A stretch of 64,000 nucleotides of DNA, taken from positions 12,116,161 to 12,180,160 of the forward strand of contig CAVNZM010000001.1 in NCBI GenBank assembly GCA_963693365.1. The letters run 5' to 3'. Position numbers and translations under genes: made by a program. The notes beneath the pieces are model-generated. The model ran no database searches. It saw nothing but the letters and a program-made list of their open reading frames with translations, and had not been told where the DNA came from. The DNA is from Amoebidium appalachense (Eukaryota; Protista; Ichthyosporea). Shown here piece by piece: positions 1 to 14,132 of this stretch (the first letter of the stretch is position 1; every line of letters starts with the position of its first letter).

Positions 1-52
1 ATGTGTATGTGCAGTCTGTGTGCTGACGTAATCAATCTGTCTACGTGTGCAG

Positions 53-219
53 ATGATACCACCCAGCACCTACTCAACGGTGTTTTCCGAGTTCTTTACC
101 GAGGACATGTTTGGGGACCTTTTGCGGGTGCTGCATGACTGCTACCAGAGGTAAAGCCCCCCCCCCCCCCCCCCCCCCTTCCCTGCCCCCCCTCCCCCCC
201 CCCCCTCCAAAAAAAAAAA

Positions 220-259
<40 letters not shown>

Positions 260-942
260 CTGAGGAAAAGGAAAGAAAAAGAAACACCACCCGTGCATAC
301 AATATGTGCACATGGCCCTTTCTTTTGGCCGAGGAGGGAGGGGGGAGGAAGGGGGGAAGGGAGGAACAACACATCTTCAGCAGAGTACCCCTCTTTCCTG
401 TCTACACACGGACACGGACACACGCACGGGCGCACACACACACCACTCCCGCTTTTTTTTGTTCATTGCCACTTCCATTGTCTCTAACTGTTAGCCCCAC
501 ACAGAGACCAGCATGCCATACAGCCCATCCTCCTTGCCCTGCCCAAAATCAGCCGCTTCAACATCGTCATGGCTTTCCTCTCACAGAAGAACAAGCAATG
601 TATGACCTCCCCCCCCCCCCCCCACCACCACCACCACCACCACCAGCAGCAGCAGCACCAGCACCACTATCCCCCCCACCCACCCTGCCTCCAGCTTCCC
701 TTGTTCACATGCACACACACATGCCTGCAGCACAAACACACACACACATACACACACGCCGACTCACACATGCACACTCATTTCCATACACACACACACG
801 CACGCGCGCACGGGCACGTACAGTGAGGGAGAGAAGGGAGGTGGAGGAGGGGGAGGGGAGGGGGGAGGGGAGAAAGAAGAGAGAGAACGAGAGAGAGAGA
901 GAGAGATGCACGCGCACACACACACAGTCACACACACACACA

Positions 943-1027
<85 letters not shown>

Positions 1028-1108
1028 GCACACCTCCCCCTTTCCCATCTGTAACACTAACACAAGCACCAGAGACATTAAAAGTTGTTCACTAGATTTC
1101 GCTTCCTT

Positions 1109-1139
<31 letters not shown>

Positions 1140-1454
1140 TCCTCCCCCCGGGCCCCCAGCCCCTCTCATTATCTGCGATCACACCCACCAATACATAAAA
1201 TTACATACGATTACCCACCCAGCTAACAAATTAAATTTGACCCACCCTGGTACACTCGCAGAGACACGCAAACAACCACACACCTGCACATACACAACCA
1301 CATGAATCGTGTGCATCATTCAGTGACACGCACGCGAATACACACACACACACACAGAGAGAGAGAGGAAGACACTAGGGCACATACACAAGCACACACA
1401 CTCACAACACGTGTGCGCACGCTCATGCACGCACACATTACGCTCATGCGCGCG

Positions 1455-1504
<50 letters not shown>

Positions 1505-1667
1505 CACGCACGCACACACACACGCACACACGCACACCAACACATCTTTCCCCTCGTCATTTCCCGACCAACCTTAGTTCATCCACCCCCACCGTTCTAA
1601 CCCCCCCCCCCCCCCCCCCGCCCTCCCCCCCTTCCCGATCCTCCCTCCTCCTCTCCTCCCCCCCCCC

Positions 1668-1698
<31 letters not shown>

Positions 1699-1820
1699 AC
1701 ACAGTGCTCAAAGCCATTCTTGACCGACTATCCACGGGAGAATCTGGTGAGAAACTCGACACCCAACAGGTTATGAGTCTTGCGTCACAGTACAGACTTT
1801 CAGGTTACACATGCCCGTGA
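53..1820 (+). CDS. RPAP3: 3' end (last three exons) of an RPAP3/SPAG1-like Hsp90/R2TP co-chaperone, RPAP3_C domain; gene starts before the window
   Basis: Exons 53-150, 505-599 and 1705-1820 join in phase at GT-AG sites: MIPPSTYSTVFSEFFTEDMFGDLLRVLHDCYQRDQHAIQPILLALPKISRFNIVMAFLSQKNKQLLKAILDRL...YRLSGYTCP*. This matches my recollection of the RPAP3_C pattern (IxPxxYxxxF...ILxILHDFY...LxxLxRFxMxxMFMSxxEK). Confidence 0.8.
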
Positions 1821-2842
1821 TTCCCTGCCGGGCCCCGAAATAGTGTCGGCTGGAGTGTTTTTGGGCGGATACCCAAAATGTATCGGTTGTGTTGGGTGGA
1901 TGAAGGAAGACGGCAGCATGTGTACCCATGAATTGGTTGTCTCAAATATCTGCTTGCGAGTCTCCCCGCCCTCGTTTTCCCACCAGTTTCCGTAAAATAT
2001 TGGCCTCTTTTTGCTGACGTGGTATTATTGTAGGTATTTTTGATGATTCTATACCATGATTGCCATTTGTCCAGGGCCCATATCTGTGTGTTTGTGGAGG
2101 GAGGTGGTTGGGGCGGTGTTGGGGGGGGGGGGGGAGGGGGGGGGATGGGGAGGGGGGGAGAGGGAGGGGAGGGGGAGGGGGGTGAGGGGGGAGGAGCAAG
2201 TCCATAGGCTTTCAGTATCTCGAATTTGAATGATGTGCCTGAACGTTGTGTGTGTGTGTGTGTCAGATATTAGTGATATTAGTGTGCCAATAGGCTGTGT
2301 GTGTGAATCTGTCTGATTCGTGGAGATTAATACTTGTATGGGTGGAATGGGTAGGTGTGGGTGTGTAAATTGGTCTGTAGGATAGTCTTGCGATTTTGAG
2401 TGTATGTCAGGAGGAATACTAGTGTGCTGTGGTATAGGATGTGTACTGTGAGACTATGTAGCAGTCGACGGGATATGCATTGATTTTTATGGGATATACT
2501 TAGATTAATGTGGCATGGGATTTTGACTAAATTTGATGTGGCGTGGGATATGTAATGTGAGGTTGATGGGGCACGGGATGTATGTTCTGTCTCATTATAC
2601 AATGGGAGTGGATCTGGTGTGGGACATGCGGTTGTGATAAATACGAAATACTTACTAATGTAGATAGACAAATCATGTGACATACGTAAAGGAAGACAGT
2701 ACAGGTGGTGTACTAGGACCCTCAGGCTGCAAGATAAAATGTGGTAAAAAAACTGGAGGGATGATTCAGTTGTGATAATGTATGACACAGTACATGGAAG
2801 CCATACTTCTGTTATGAGCTCCCCCTTCCCCCCCCTCCCCCC

Positions 2843-2884
<42 letters not shown>

Positions 2885-3800
2885 AAAAAAAAAAAAAAAG
2901 GAAAAGAAAAGAAAGATAAGAAAGAAAAAAAACACACACACGAAACACACCACCACCACCATCCACCCCCCCAAAAAAAAAAAAAAAAAAAAAAAAAAGC
3001 TTCGAAGGGCCAATGTGGAATTCGAAAGACAGAAATTTGAAACCACCTGAATTATCGTAGGCTGCAACTACTGAGCTACCTTTGTCTTTGAAAGCGGCAA
3101 ATGCATTCGATACACAAACCAGGTGCAAATCAAAAAGAAAAAACACAGCTTAAAGTCTATTATAAATTAGTAATATTGATGATCCGTGATGACGCGGTCA
3201 GAATATCAGAGCCCCCCCCCCCCCCCCCCTCCCCCCCCCCCCCCCCCCCCCCCCCGAGTCCCCCTCCCCCTCCCCCTCCACACGTACACACACCCTGACA
3301 CACGTGCAGTAGCCACACATACACACACACCGTGGCACTGCACGGTACACATACACACACACACACACACACAATAATAATAATAATAATAATAATAAAT
3401 AAGTAAATAAAAAATAAATAAAGAAAAGAAAAAAAAACAAAACAAGAACACACTGTGACGCGCACGCTTTTTAATGAAAGAGGCCCATGTGTACATCTGT
3501 CGTAAAAGCGGTGATTTCTTTTGACCTTTCATCCCTATAGGCAGTACAACCAAAAGCCATATGCTAAGTTAATCTCAACCACCGTAAAAATCACCCACCC
3601 AGCAAATTTAAAAATTCTAAAGCTTCTTAAAAAGAGGGCCGAAAGGGTATGTGTTTATTTTTCATTACTCTGTTTTTTTTAAGTGTTAGGAAAATCAACA
3701 CGGAAGCGCAAAATGGCGGTGTTTTTCTTCAAGTTTGGCACTGAAGACCACAGAGCTAGTCCAGGCACTCGTACTTGGTTCTTTAACACCTATCTTACGC

Positions 3801-3952
3801 CTAACACGTACTGACGTGTTGCCGCACGTGCGACGTTTAACATCTACTCAGGCGGTCCCTAGGAGACACCGCCTCAGTAGGTGGTAGCATGTGGGTCTAA
3901 CACGTACTGACGTGTTGCCGCACGTGCGACGTTTTAACATCTAGTCCCTTTT

Positions 3953-3995
<43 letters not shown>

Positions 3996-4032
3996 AAGGA
4001 GACACCGCCTCAGTAGGTGGTAGCATGTGGGT
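3801..4032. repeat. Local A-B-A'-polyA-B' duplication
   Basis: A 46-bp unit (3801-3846) recurs at 3897-3943. A 36-bp unit (3861-3896) recurs at 3997-4032, with a long poly-A between A' and B'. Confidence 0.85.
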
Positions 4033-5273
4033 ATATTTGCATAGAGATCAGCGTTGATTGCGCAAACGCATTTTCTGCACCATAGCTGACTCGAGCGAGA
4101 AACAAAAGAGAAGGACTGACACGAAGTACTTCACGTAGGTAGCGCTGTATGGCCATAAGAACAACGTTCTTTTTATATAAAACAGTTTGCGACCTTTCTT
4201 TTCAAGTGCCCTTTCAACCATGTTACCGTAGTCTACGCATCTAGGATGCTTGGAAGTCTCGCGCAGCTGCAGTAAGTGCTTTGCCGAAAGGATCACACCA
4301 TGCAGCACCACTAGACAACGTACATGCAGTGGGTATACAGGCACGAAGGGCCGACTTCTAGGTGCTTCAGGGAATTGGGCATAATAGGTAGCGGGTTAGA
4401 AGGAGAAGAATTCTGTGGGGGAGCGGAGGTGGAAAGGGAGAGCCTTGTAGTCCATAATTAAACGGTAGCTATCGTTGTGGGTCCGCAACTGCACTGTACT
4501 CTTAGACTAACGGGAAGATGCGAACCCAAGTCACTAAAACGAAAGTGCAAGCAGAAATATGCATGTTATTTCTTAAGCTGCTGACTCTTTTCAAGTGCAT
4601 GATGTGAATGGTTTACGCTTATGTCGAGCTATAGCGTGCATCATTTAAATTTTGACCCGGCGGGTCTTTTCTCACGCCAAGTATCACCTTGAGATCTTGT
4701 TAGTGTGCTGGTGTCGCGCATTTTTAGGTTGGTATGTGTGTGCCTGCCCTTGTGCTTTTGCGTGTGTGTGTGCGTGCGTGTGCACATCTGCGTGTGCGTG
4801 TGTGTGCTTGTGCGTGTGCGTGTGCATGCGTGTGTGTTTGTACGTGTGGACGTGCACGTGTGTGTGTTTGTGGGTATGTTTGCTTTTGTGTTTGTGTGTG
4901 TGTGTGTGAATGTGTGTGTGCGCGCGTGTACTTCATGCGACCATAAGATATGTGTGTGTGAGGGATCCAGGAACGCGACGGTGTGCGAGAGAAAGGTCGT
5001 TGCACGGTGAGAGCATTTCGATGCGCAGACACAGGCTTGCTTGTTTAAAGCACGGATCTTCCCGGGGTGAGGGGGGGGGGAGGGGGGGGGGGGGGGGGAG
5101 GGGGGGGAGGGGGAGGAAATATGCAAAGGTGGTGACCAGGTGACACTATGTACCGTTGCCAGAGCAGAGACGGGGGGAGGGGGGGGGGGGGGGGAGAATG
5201 GAAGGTGGATATAGGGATGCTAGAAAGGGTTTCTTACGAGCTCTGTGCCGGGGGTGGGGAGGTGGGGAGAGAA

Positions 5274-5307
<34 letters not shown>

Positions 5308-5699
5308 GGGGAGTTGGGCGGGGGCAGTTGGATATCTGCAGGCCGGGAGCTTAGGCCAGGTGGGCGGTACGACCGGGTGGGGAACGGGGGAGGTGGGTGT
5401 ATAGATCTAGGAGCAAGTGCGTATAGATCTAGGAGCAAGTGCGTACAAGAACTGCAAACACCTGTTGGTCGATAAAAGACCGTGACTTAGATGGACTTGC
5501 ACCGAGAGGCTCAGTGGGCAATAACTTACAGTTGGGATGAGGAGTTGATAACATTATGCATTCTTCCATACTGCGGTGAACAGTGTAGTCTAAAAGTGGG
5601 AATAGATCCATTAAAGACTTGGTGGTTTCGTTCCTCCGTTTCCTACTACCAGATCTACCAGAGTCTCTAGCTGTCACTCCGGGGGCCTGCACTGCAAAG

Positions 5700-5870
5700 T
5701 ACCCGCCGTGTACATGTATCATGATCGTCATGAGGTGTGGATAGGCATACAACGGTTCGTGACCAGGGCACGAACACGAAGCACGTTTGTTGGCGTCTGT
5801 GGACATCACCATGCGATGCTTCGCTGACTTTGAGGTGGCTTTTCAAAACGAATACTTGTACGTTACTCAT
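5700..5870 (-). pseudogene. Frameshifted SWIM zinc-finger-like remnant, possibly from a Mutator-type element
   Basis: Joining two frames gives VQVFVLK/ATSKSAKHRMVMSTDANKRASCSCPGHEPLYAYPHLMTIMIHVHG, resembling SWIM CxC-x(n)-CxH with the third Cys replaced by Tyr. An imperfect 20-bp inverted repeat lies at 4046-4065 / 6627-6647. Confidence 0.35.
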
Positions 5871-7503
5871 TGCTTAGCTACTATGTACGTCGCCCTCAAC
5901 ACTTTTCAACCGCCCTTCAAGTTACTGCTAGTATACTCGCTGCTAGCCTAGCCTTTCTCTACCCGGAGTGACTCTTAGTAGCTTGCTCGTGTGTATGTAT
6001 ATACGGTATCTTGCTTCCTAGGCCTCATTAATATATACCTTCATCTTTAACCTCTGCTACAAGCAGCAACATACCAAAAGATGTACGTGTGCACAACTAT
6101 GGTCGATGTTCCGGTCTGTTCTTTTTATGCGCTCTAGATCTGCAACAAGCTGTACCAAGGGTTGCCTCGAGGGCCACGGGGACCTGCAACCTGCAGCTAA
6201 CTGTGCAGATGTAACGTGCACGAAAAGCAGCCAGTAGAACGACCAAGCCGAACAAAGCATACAGCACGTCTTATAAGCTGCCGTTATTCAACCACACCCA
6301 CCGTTAAACTGCTTCCTCTAGCCCCCAGGTGTAAGCCAGTACAAGCAACAAGAAACGGTTCCCATGCATGTGTGCTCATGGTGGGCCGTTTGGTCCAACA
6401 ACCTAGCCTTACGGTGGTGAGATCGTCAGAATAAAACAACACTCAGTAAAATAGAGATATAAATAAATTTTATGAAGAGTATGGCGCTTCATTTGACTTA
6501 GTATATGCTTATGTTTTTTTTTCTCTTTTTTTTTCCTGCTGTTTTGGGTCAACGTTTTTGCCGCTCGCAATTTCGCTCCCCGGAAACGTTATGCTGCTTT
6601 TGAAGTCGGATCAATTTTTTGTAGGATTGCGCAAACAATCGCTGATCGCAAGGATGCACTGATGTACCTCTCGAGTGACGTCACTCCTATCCCACCGAAT
6701 ATCCAAATAGCCGAGATATATTGCAACTCTTGGTCAGAGACGCAGACTAACTAGTGTGAGCTGATCAGGCCTCGGGGTGTTTGGTACAGGCGCTCGTGTC
6801 GTGATTTTGTACATGTATATGCACGGGTTTCGGGGATCTGTCTGTACGTACGTGCTTCAGCGCACACGTGGAGCACCGTGAAGCGTGTGCGTTTGTGTAT
6901 ATACACAACACCTGTGGTTCGGAAGGTACGGCCGTTTGTCTGTACGGCGCTGTGTGTGTGTGCGCGTGCGCGCGAGTCTGCAAGACCATTGGGTGAGTGG
7001 GTGGGTGTGCGTGTAATTACGTAAGAGGTGGGGGGGGGGGAGGGGAGGGGGGAGGAGGGGGGCGGGGAGGAGGGGGATAGACTGTCAGCTACCTCTTCTG
7101 TTTTACCCCGGCCCAATCGGCCCACAGGTTCACAATATCATTGTTTCCCTCTACATTATACCACCCCCTGGTGACCTTTTATTTAGCGTTAATTTAGTGT
7201 GGTCCGTATAATGCCTTCATCCGGCCCCACATATCTACAATCCTCTCTGTTGTGTACATAAAAGTTTATAAACGCTATAATAGAAACGCTCGGCGCTCCT
7301 GATATGGCAATGCTACCAAATTTAGAAAGAAGAAACGGACATCAGTGCACAGCACCAATCACAATCCCTCTTTAAAAATGCTACTGTATCCCATCCTCCA
7401 CCATAGAAATCCACGTGGCATTCACATGGACACATGATATCTGGCGGATTTCAAAGCAGCCAACCAGTCCCCACCATTACTTTTATCCTTTCTAACTAGC
7501 CAA

Positions 7504-8293
7504 TCAGGCAAACATGCTAGCAAAGATCATCTTCTCGCGCTGCTCCTGTGCCTTGATCTTCTTGATGACGTCATTGAGTTCCTTCTTGGCGGCCGCATTG
7601 GTTGAGTCTACCTCCACCAAATGCTGTGTGTGTGTGTGTGTGTGTGTGTGAGTGTGTGTGAGAGTGTGTGTGTGTGCTCTTGTGTGTTTGTGTGTGTGTG
7701 TGCTTGTCCTTGTGTGGGTGCTTGGATGTGCATGTTTTGGAACGGGGAGAAGAAGAAGGTAAGGGATGGGCTCAACTGAGCAAACTACTATTAAATATGA
7801 AATGCTGTGGTGTCCATAAATCGCAACAGATTACGTACAGACCTGGCCGTGTAGGTCAAACCACACACTTCCTTTTCCCTCTTTAGAGTTCACATCTTTC
7901 CTGGAAGGGCAAACCAAAAAAGAATAATATCAGTGGACGAGCTGGCAGGAGAAAAGATGTACAAGCACTCGTACAGTCAACTATGTGTTTGCCTGTTCGA
8001 AGAGTGGAAAAGGTACGAAAAGGGAGAAGAGGTGGTAGTGGAGTTGCGCGTATGGGAGAGAGAGAGAGAGAGAGGGGGGGGGGGGGGGGGGGGGGGGGGA
8101 AGGGGGTTTCTTACCGTCAAAACCTTCTTAGCTTCAGGGGAGTCGTTGCTAGCACTGCAAAAAAGATGAAAGGATGTAAGAATCGATCAATTACACACAC
8201 CCACACCCACACACACACACACACACCTTCAGATACACACACACACAAACACAGGCACCCACGCATGCACGCACGCATGCTGGCACACACACT

Positions 8294-8332
<39 letters not shown>

Positions 8333-11176
8333 CACACACACACACACACACACCTGCATACACAAATAGCCAGATGTATCGCTGCACAACCACTAGAAGC
8401 AAATTCACAGCACACTCGTTCTAACTTCCACTACAGGTTATTCTAATTAACAAACCGGCATGAAACCAACACCGTGGAGGTGTGCTTGCGTGCACGAGTG
8501 CATGTCTCATATCCCCCCCCCCCCTCCCCCCCCCCCCCCCCCCCCCCCCCTCTCTCCCTTTTCTTCTTCTTTTCTTTTGTGGGTTGTTGCAATCATACTT
8601 GTATGCACAGCCCAGGCGGTAGAGTGCCTTGACGTTGTCCGGGTCCTTATCCAGCACCTTCTTGCACACGCTGATGCACTGCGGGTGTGCACGTGTGTGT
8701 GAGCAGGTGGGTGGCACCAGAAAACGATAGTCAAGTCAGCACATCGGGAAGGGCAAAAAAAAAAAAAAAAAAAAAAAAAAAACATAGTGTAGACCCCCCC
8801 CCCCCCCCACACACACAAACACACACAAACACCACCATCACCACAACCAAACCTTTTCCCCCCTCCCCCCCGTATATTCCCACTGATAACCAGACTACCA
8901 CCATTTACATACATACACAATGGCTCGGTGTAAGAGATCATTTTCGGCTCAAGAAATAACAACCAGTAACGGCTCGAGAGAAAGACCGAATCAAAATCCA
9001 TATCCGAGTACTAATACATTAGCTCGTACTTTCTTCAGTACAAAGTTCTAAACATCGAATACAAACTCCAACCTTGCTCTCCCTCTCTCTGCAAAACAAA
9101 CAAACAAACAAACAAACAAAAACAGCACATTAAAGCTTTAAGCGGAGTTAAAGATAGCCCACCCACCCACCTCTGTGTACTTCTTCAGTTTGAGGTCGCA
9201 TGCAGCCATGTTGAGTCTGGCTGCAGTCACAAGCGCCGCCTTTTTGCTTTTCTCCTCATCCGTAGTGAACCCGGTCTCGGACTGTGTGTGTGTGTGTGCG
9301 AGTGTGAGGGTGATGGGAGATGAACGAGATGACATATCGAAAGTGAACAACACAAGAGGATTAAACAGGGAGGGCGAGGAGGAGTGGATGGGGTGTGGAG
9401 AGGGGGAGGATGGTAAGCAGTGCACCGTGGCCAGGATATTTTTATTGTTCTGTTTCTGCACACTGCGTCACAGAGAGCACTAAATGAGGAAACAAACAGG
9501 CATGGTACTAAGCCGGAAACAAGTGGAGAGGATACTGTCGGAAGAGAGTGTGTGGAGAGAGGACGCAGAAAAACCGCTGCGAGACGATAGAGCGCAAGCT
9601 GCAGACTTCCAGCGGCCACCAGAACACGGGAATACTAGCAGCTCCCTCCCCCCCCCCCCCCCCCCCCCTCTCCCCCTTCCCAGCGCCCCCCCCCCCCCCC
9701 TTCCCCCTCCCCCCACCCTCTCATTTGCATCCTCTCATTTGAAGGATGGAGAAGGCGCTGTGTGTGTGTGTGTGTGTGGGGAGGGGGGAGAGGATGGGGA
9801 GGGGGACGGGGGTTTGGCTTACATCCAAGAGTTTCTCGGCGTGTTCGTAGTGCTTGAGGGCTGTGTTGTATTTGCCTGCAAAAAAAAAGAGTGAGGAATA
9901 TGCGACCCCCCCCCCCCCCCCCCCCCCCCCGGGTCCTGTGACGTATAAATAATGATGTACATTTGCATGTGATGTTACAACGGCGTTCTCTCGGTCTGTT
10001 CTCTCAATCTATTTCCTATCAAAGTACTGCGAACGTCGCACAGCTCACACATGCAAAAACAACGTACATCCACCATACATACAAGTACAAGAATATCCCC
10101 ATAAAAGTTTGAACAGGGGGTAGGATGCGAGTATACATCATGTATCCGGGGGGGGGGGGGGGGGGGGGGGTCTCAGAAATTCACAACGTGCTATTTGATA
10201 GTTCAGTGCACAACAAAGAAAAAGAGGGGGAAGGGGGAAAAAGACAACTTCCCACCCATTCACCTCTCACCTCTCACCATCTTCCTTAGCCATATCACAG
10301 TGCAAAAAGCCAAAAAAGCCAAAAAGCCAAAAAAAAAAAAAAAAAAAAAAAAAAAAGAAAGAAAGAAATAGGGGTAGCCTTGCACCTACTCTCCCAAAAC
10401 AGAAAACAAAATTACAGGGAGGTAGGAAGGGGGAAAAAAAGAAAGAAAAAAAAAGCAAAGAAAAAAAAAAAAAGAAAAGAAAAGAAAACAGAAAAACGAA
10501 AACAGGGGCAGCAGGGCACCTACTCTCCTTGAACAGTGCGGTGCCCGACTCCTTGAACGACTCCGACCCACTCAGTTTCTCATCCGTGGTCATCTCCCAA
10601 CTATCCTTGGCCTTGGTGAAGTCCTGCAGCGTGACTGTGTAGGATTTGGCATGATCCGTCACAGTCTCCGTCTCGGGGTCTTGGTGGCTGGGCTCGACAA
10701 CAATCTCGTCTTGCTCACCTGTGTGTGAGAAATATATATATGGGAAAGGAGGGAAGAAAAGAGAGGGGGATGGGGTTTGGTCATCAGTGAGAGATCTACG
10801 CGACACAGGGAAAGGCGCAGCAGCTAGTGAGGAGTGTAAACAGTATGTGTGTTCTCAAGAGTGGTTGTGTGCAGGTATCATGAAAAGGTCGACCTAATCT
10901 CACTAAAAAACAGCAAGAAGGATAAACATTTATGTCCATGCTCTCTGTAGAGCTTTCACCACAATCGGACATGGAACAATAAAGTTGTACGTGCGAAAAA
11001 ACTGCACGCACATGCTCGGAAACCAGCCACACCCAACAGCGCACGAGACAGAAATGTGAGGGAACAGTGAAAAGTAATCACAACGGTCAGAGTGAAGCGA
11101 GAGGAGCGACGAGGAAATGGGGGGAGGGCGGGGGGGGGGGGGGGGGGGGGGGGGGGGTACGGTTGTAAGGCGTGAA

Positions 11177-11212
<36 letters not shown>

Positions 11213-11243
11213 CGCGCGGTGGTGGTGGTGGTGGTGTTCGGGT

Positions 11244-11278
<35 letters not shown>

Positions 11279-12257
11279 AACCCACCCTTGTGCATTTGCA
11301 GGATAGCCTGCTCAACTCCATCCGGCAGCTCTGCGCGGCAAAGTTGAACCTGGCGGAATGGCTCCCCGTTGACGGACACGGTCACAGTGGCAAACTGTGT
11401 GTGTGTTTGTGTGTATGTGTGTGTGTGTGCGTGTTACATGTGTAGCAAACCACATCAGCATCTTGCACGTAAGACTTCAACCGTGGTGGTGGTGGTGGTG
11501 GTGGTGGTGGTGGGGGTGGGGGGGGGGGGGGGGGGGGGGAGGGGGGAGGGGAGAAGGGGGAAGGGAGGAAGGGGGGATGTATGTGTTGTGCTTGAGTATG
11601 TAAGCGGCAACAGTGGTGGCATGTGTGTATTTTTCGGGAGGAGGGCAGGTGGTGGTGGTGGTGGTGGTGGTGGGGGGGGGGGGGGAGGGGGGGGGGGGGG
11701 GGGGGGGGGAGATAGGCACACAGACCATTATAAACTAAGTGGTGCAAACAGTCAAGCCCTTATGACGACACTCTACCAATCGGAGCATAGCTATGCAGCA
11801 GACACAGAGATAAAAGATAACCACTGTACCAGCCAATGACAGACTGGCAAAGCCGACACATCCCACCATCTTCCATACATGGCTATTTTTGCACGCACCT
11901 TATTGGGGCACTGGTAACCCTCGCCATCGACCAACTTGATGCGCTTGATTGCCCCCCCAGCAATCTTAACCACCTCCTTCCAGCGGGGCACAGACACCTG
12001 TACATGCACACAGTGACGTCAGCAACCACACCATCTGGCCTATTAATCCTCAGACTATAAGCTCGGCACATTACTCCAAGTACGTCATATAATTGGGGTG
12101 GGGTGGGGGTGGGGTGGGGTGTGTGTGTGGGGGGGGGGGGGGGGGAGGGGGAAGAGGGGAGGGTGCACCTCTCCGCAACTCTTGGATCCCCCCCCCCACT
12201 CCCAACCCCCACACGTGCTCGACTGGCCCAGAAATGGGAAGTGGGCTGGAGCGCAAA

Positions 12258-12295
<38 letters not shown>

Positions 12296-12390
12296 GGGGG
12301 GGGAGAGAGGGGGGGGGGGGGGGGGGGGGAGGAGGAGTGCCTGAGAATCAAAAAATCAGCAGGTCTGGCGTGTTTCTGTGAACATGTGTA

Positions 12391-12485
<95 letters not shown>

Positions 12486-12607
12486 GCGTGTGCGTGTGTT
12501 TTGGGGGGTATATACCTCAAACTCGACAGGAGTATTGGGGGCAACGTGAGGGGGGAGGCCGGCATCACCGTAGGCATATTCTGGCTCACACTTGATGCGC
12601 CATACAG

Positions 12608-12672
<65 letters not shown>

Positions 12673-12930
12673 CTCGTGCACAAACGGGTGGATGCGTGTG
12701 TGCATGTCCATGAGTAACTATAACATCTGTGTTGATTAGACGTAGCCTGGGTTTGACTCGAACTCTCCACTATCATCTTGTTGCCTTCTTTGTGCTACGA
12801 AAGCTACAAAATATCTTTTCTGCGTAAGCTGGCATATTCTGTATACACCAGCGCCCCCCCCTCCCCCCCCCCCCCCCTCCTCCGCATTCCCTCCCCTGAC
12901 TACACACACGCACACACACACACAAGCGCG

Positions 12931-13003
<73 letters not shown>

Positions 13004-13272
13004 TCACCTACCCTCCGCATCCAAAGACACAATACTGACACCTCACTCCCCTTGACAACACCACAACTAAAAACGTCAACTCCCGCCCTCCCTAGGGGGG
13101 GGGGAAAAAAAACACCGTCTCTGCAATGACAGAATACCACAACTGACCCCCCCCGCCCCCCCCGCCCCCTCCCCCACACACATCCACCACCACAAACACA
13201 GTAACAGTTACAGTAAAAGACACCCCCTCCCCCCTCCCCTCCCCTTCCCGCCCCCCCCCAAAAAAGGCGGGG

Positions 13273-13319
<47 letters not shown>

Positions 13320-13572
13320 AGGAGGGACTCAGCCCGGGGAAACAGAAAGCTAAGGCCTCATAGTGAAAAACAAACCCCAAGGGCAAAGACACATCACACC
13401 CCACAGGCACCCACCCCTTCTTCATCTTCAGCAGGGCCTTTTCCACCCCCTTGGGCACCTTGCCGGCCCCAATGGTCACCCACACCTCCTTCTCGTCCAC
13501 AAACACATCCCCGCTGGATGTAAACCCTGCAGCCCAAAAAAAACCGTTGTCAGAATCCACAACACTTAAGAT

Positions 13573-13605
<33 letters not shown>

Positions 13606-14098
13606 TTGCACCCTTCTCCTGTGCTATGCATGTCAACATGTCTCCCTAACCTTCACCGGGCTCCTGCCCGACAACGTTTCCCACACTCAAACCAGGACGT
13701 CTATACCCCTTTCGCAGACATCTTTATCCGAGTTCATGTCCTTCCTACATGATCAATCTTTACACCCCCCCCCCCCCCCCCTCCCCTCTCACAGCATGTC
13801 TTAACTATTCGACTCAGTAATGACACGTAATCAGATTTTACCCCCTCCCCCCCCCCCCCCCCCCCTCCCCCCCCCCCCCCCCCCCCCCCTCCCCTGGATA
13901 TACTGGAGAAAAGGTCCCACCTGGCTGCCTTGAATATCCCCAGCCTTACCAACATTCTGCTACACTAACCTGTTCACCAATGACGGCATCTCTGGACACC
14001 TATCCCCCCCCCCCCCTTCCCCCCAACCACCACCACCAAAAGCTGCCGCCTTCTGCTCATCCTCCCATCACACACACATCTACCTATGCCTCTGTGCC

Positions 14099-14132
<34 letters not shown>

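Noticed and set aside
157-260. Poly-C/poly-G runs as specific G-quadruplex or hairpin elements
   Set aside because: Ubiquitous in the window, and their exact lengths and purity are likely distorted by sequencing, so no locus-specific claim is supportable.
12736-12805. Extra FKBP exon ([18 protein letters not shown])
   Set aside because: The flanking exons already join in phase (GG|A), and inclusion gives a stop codon.
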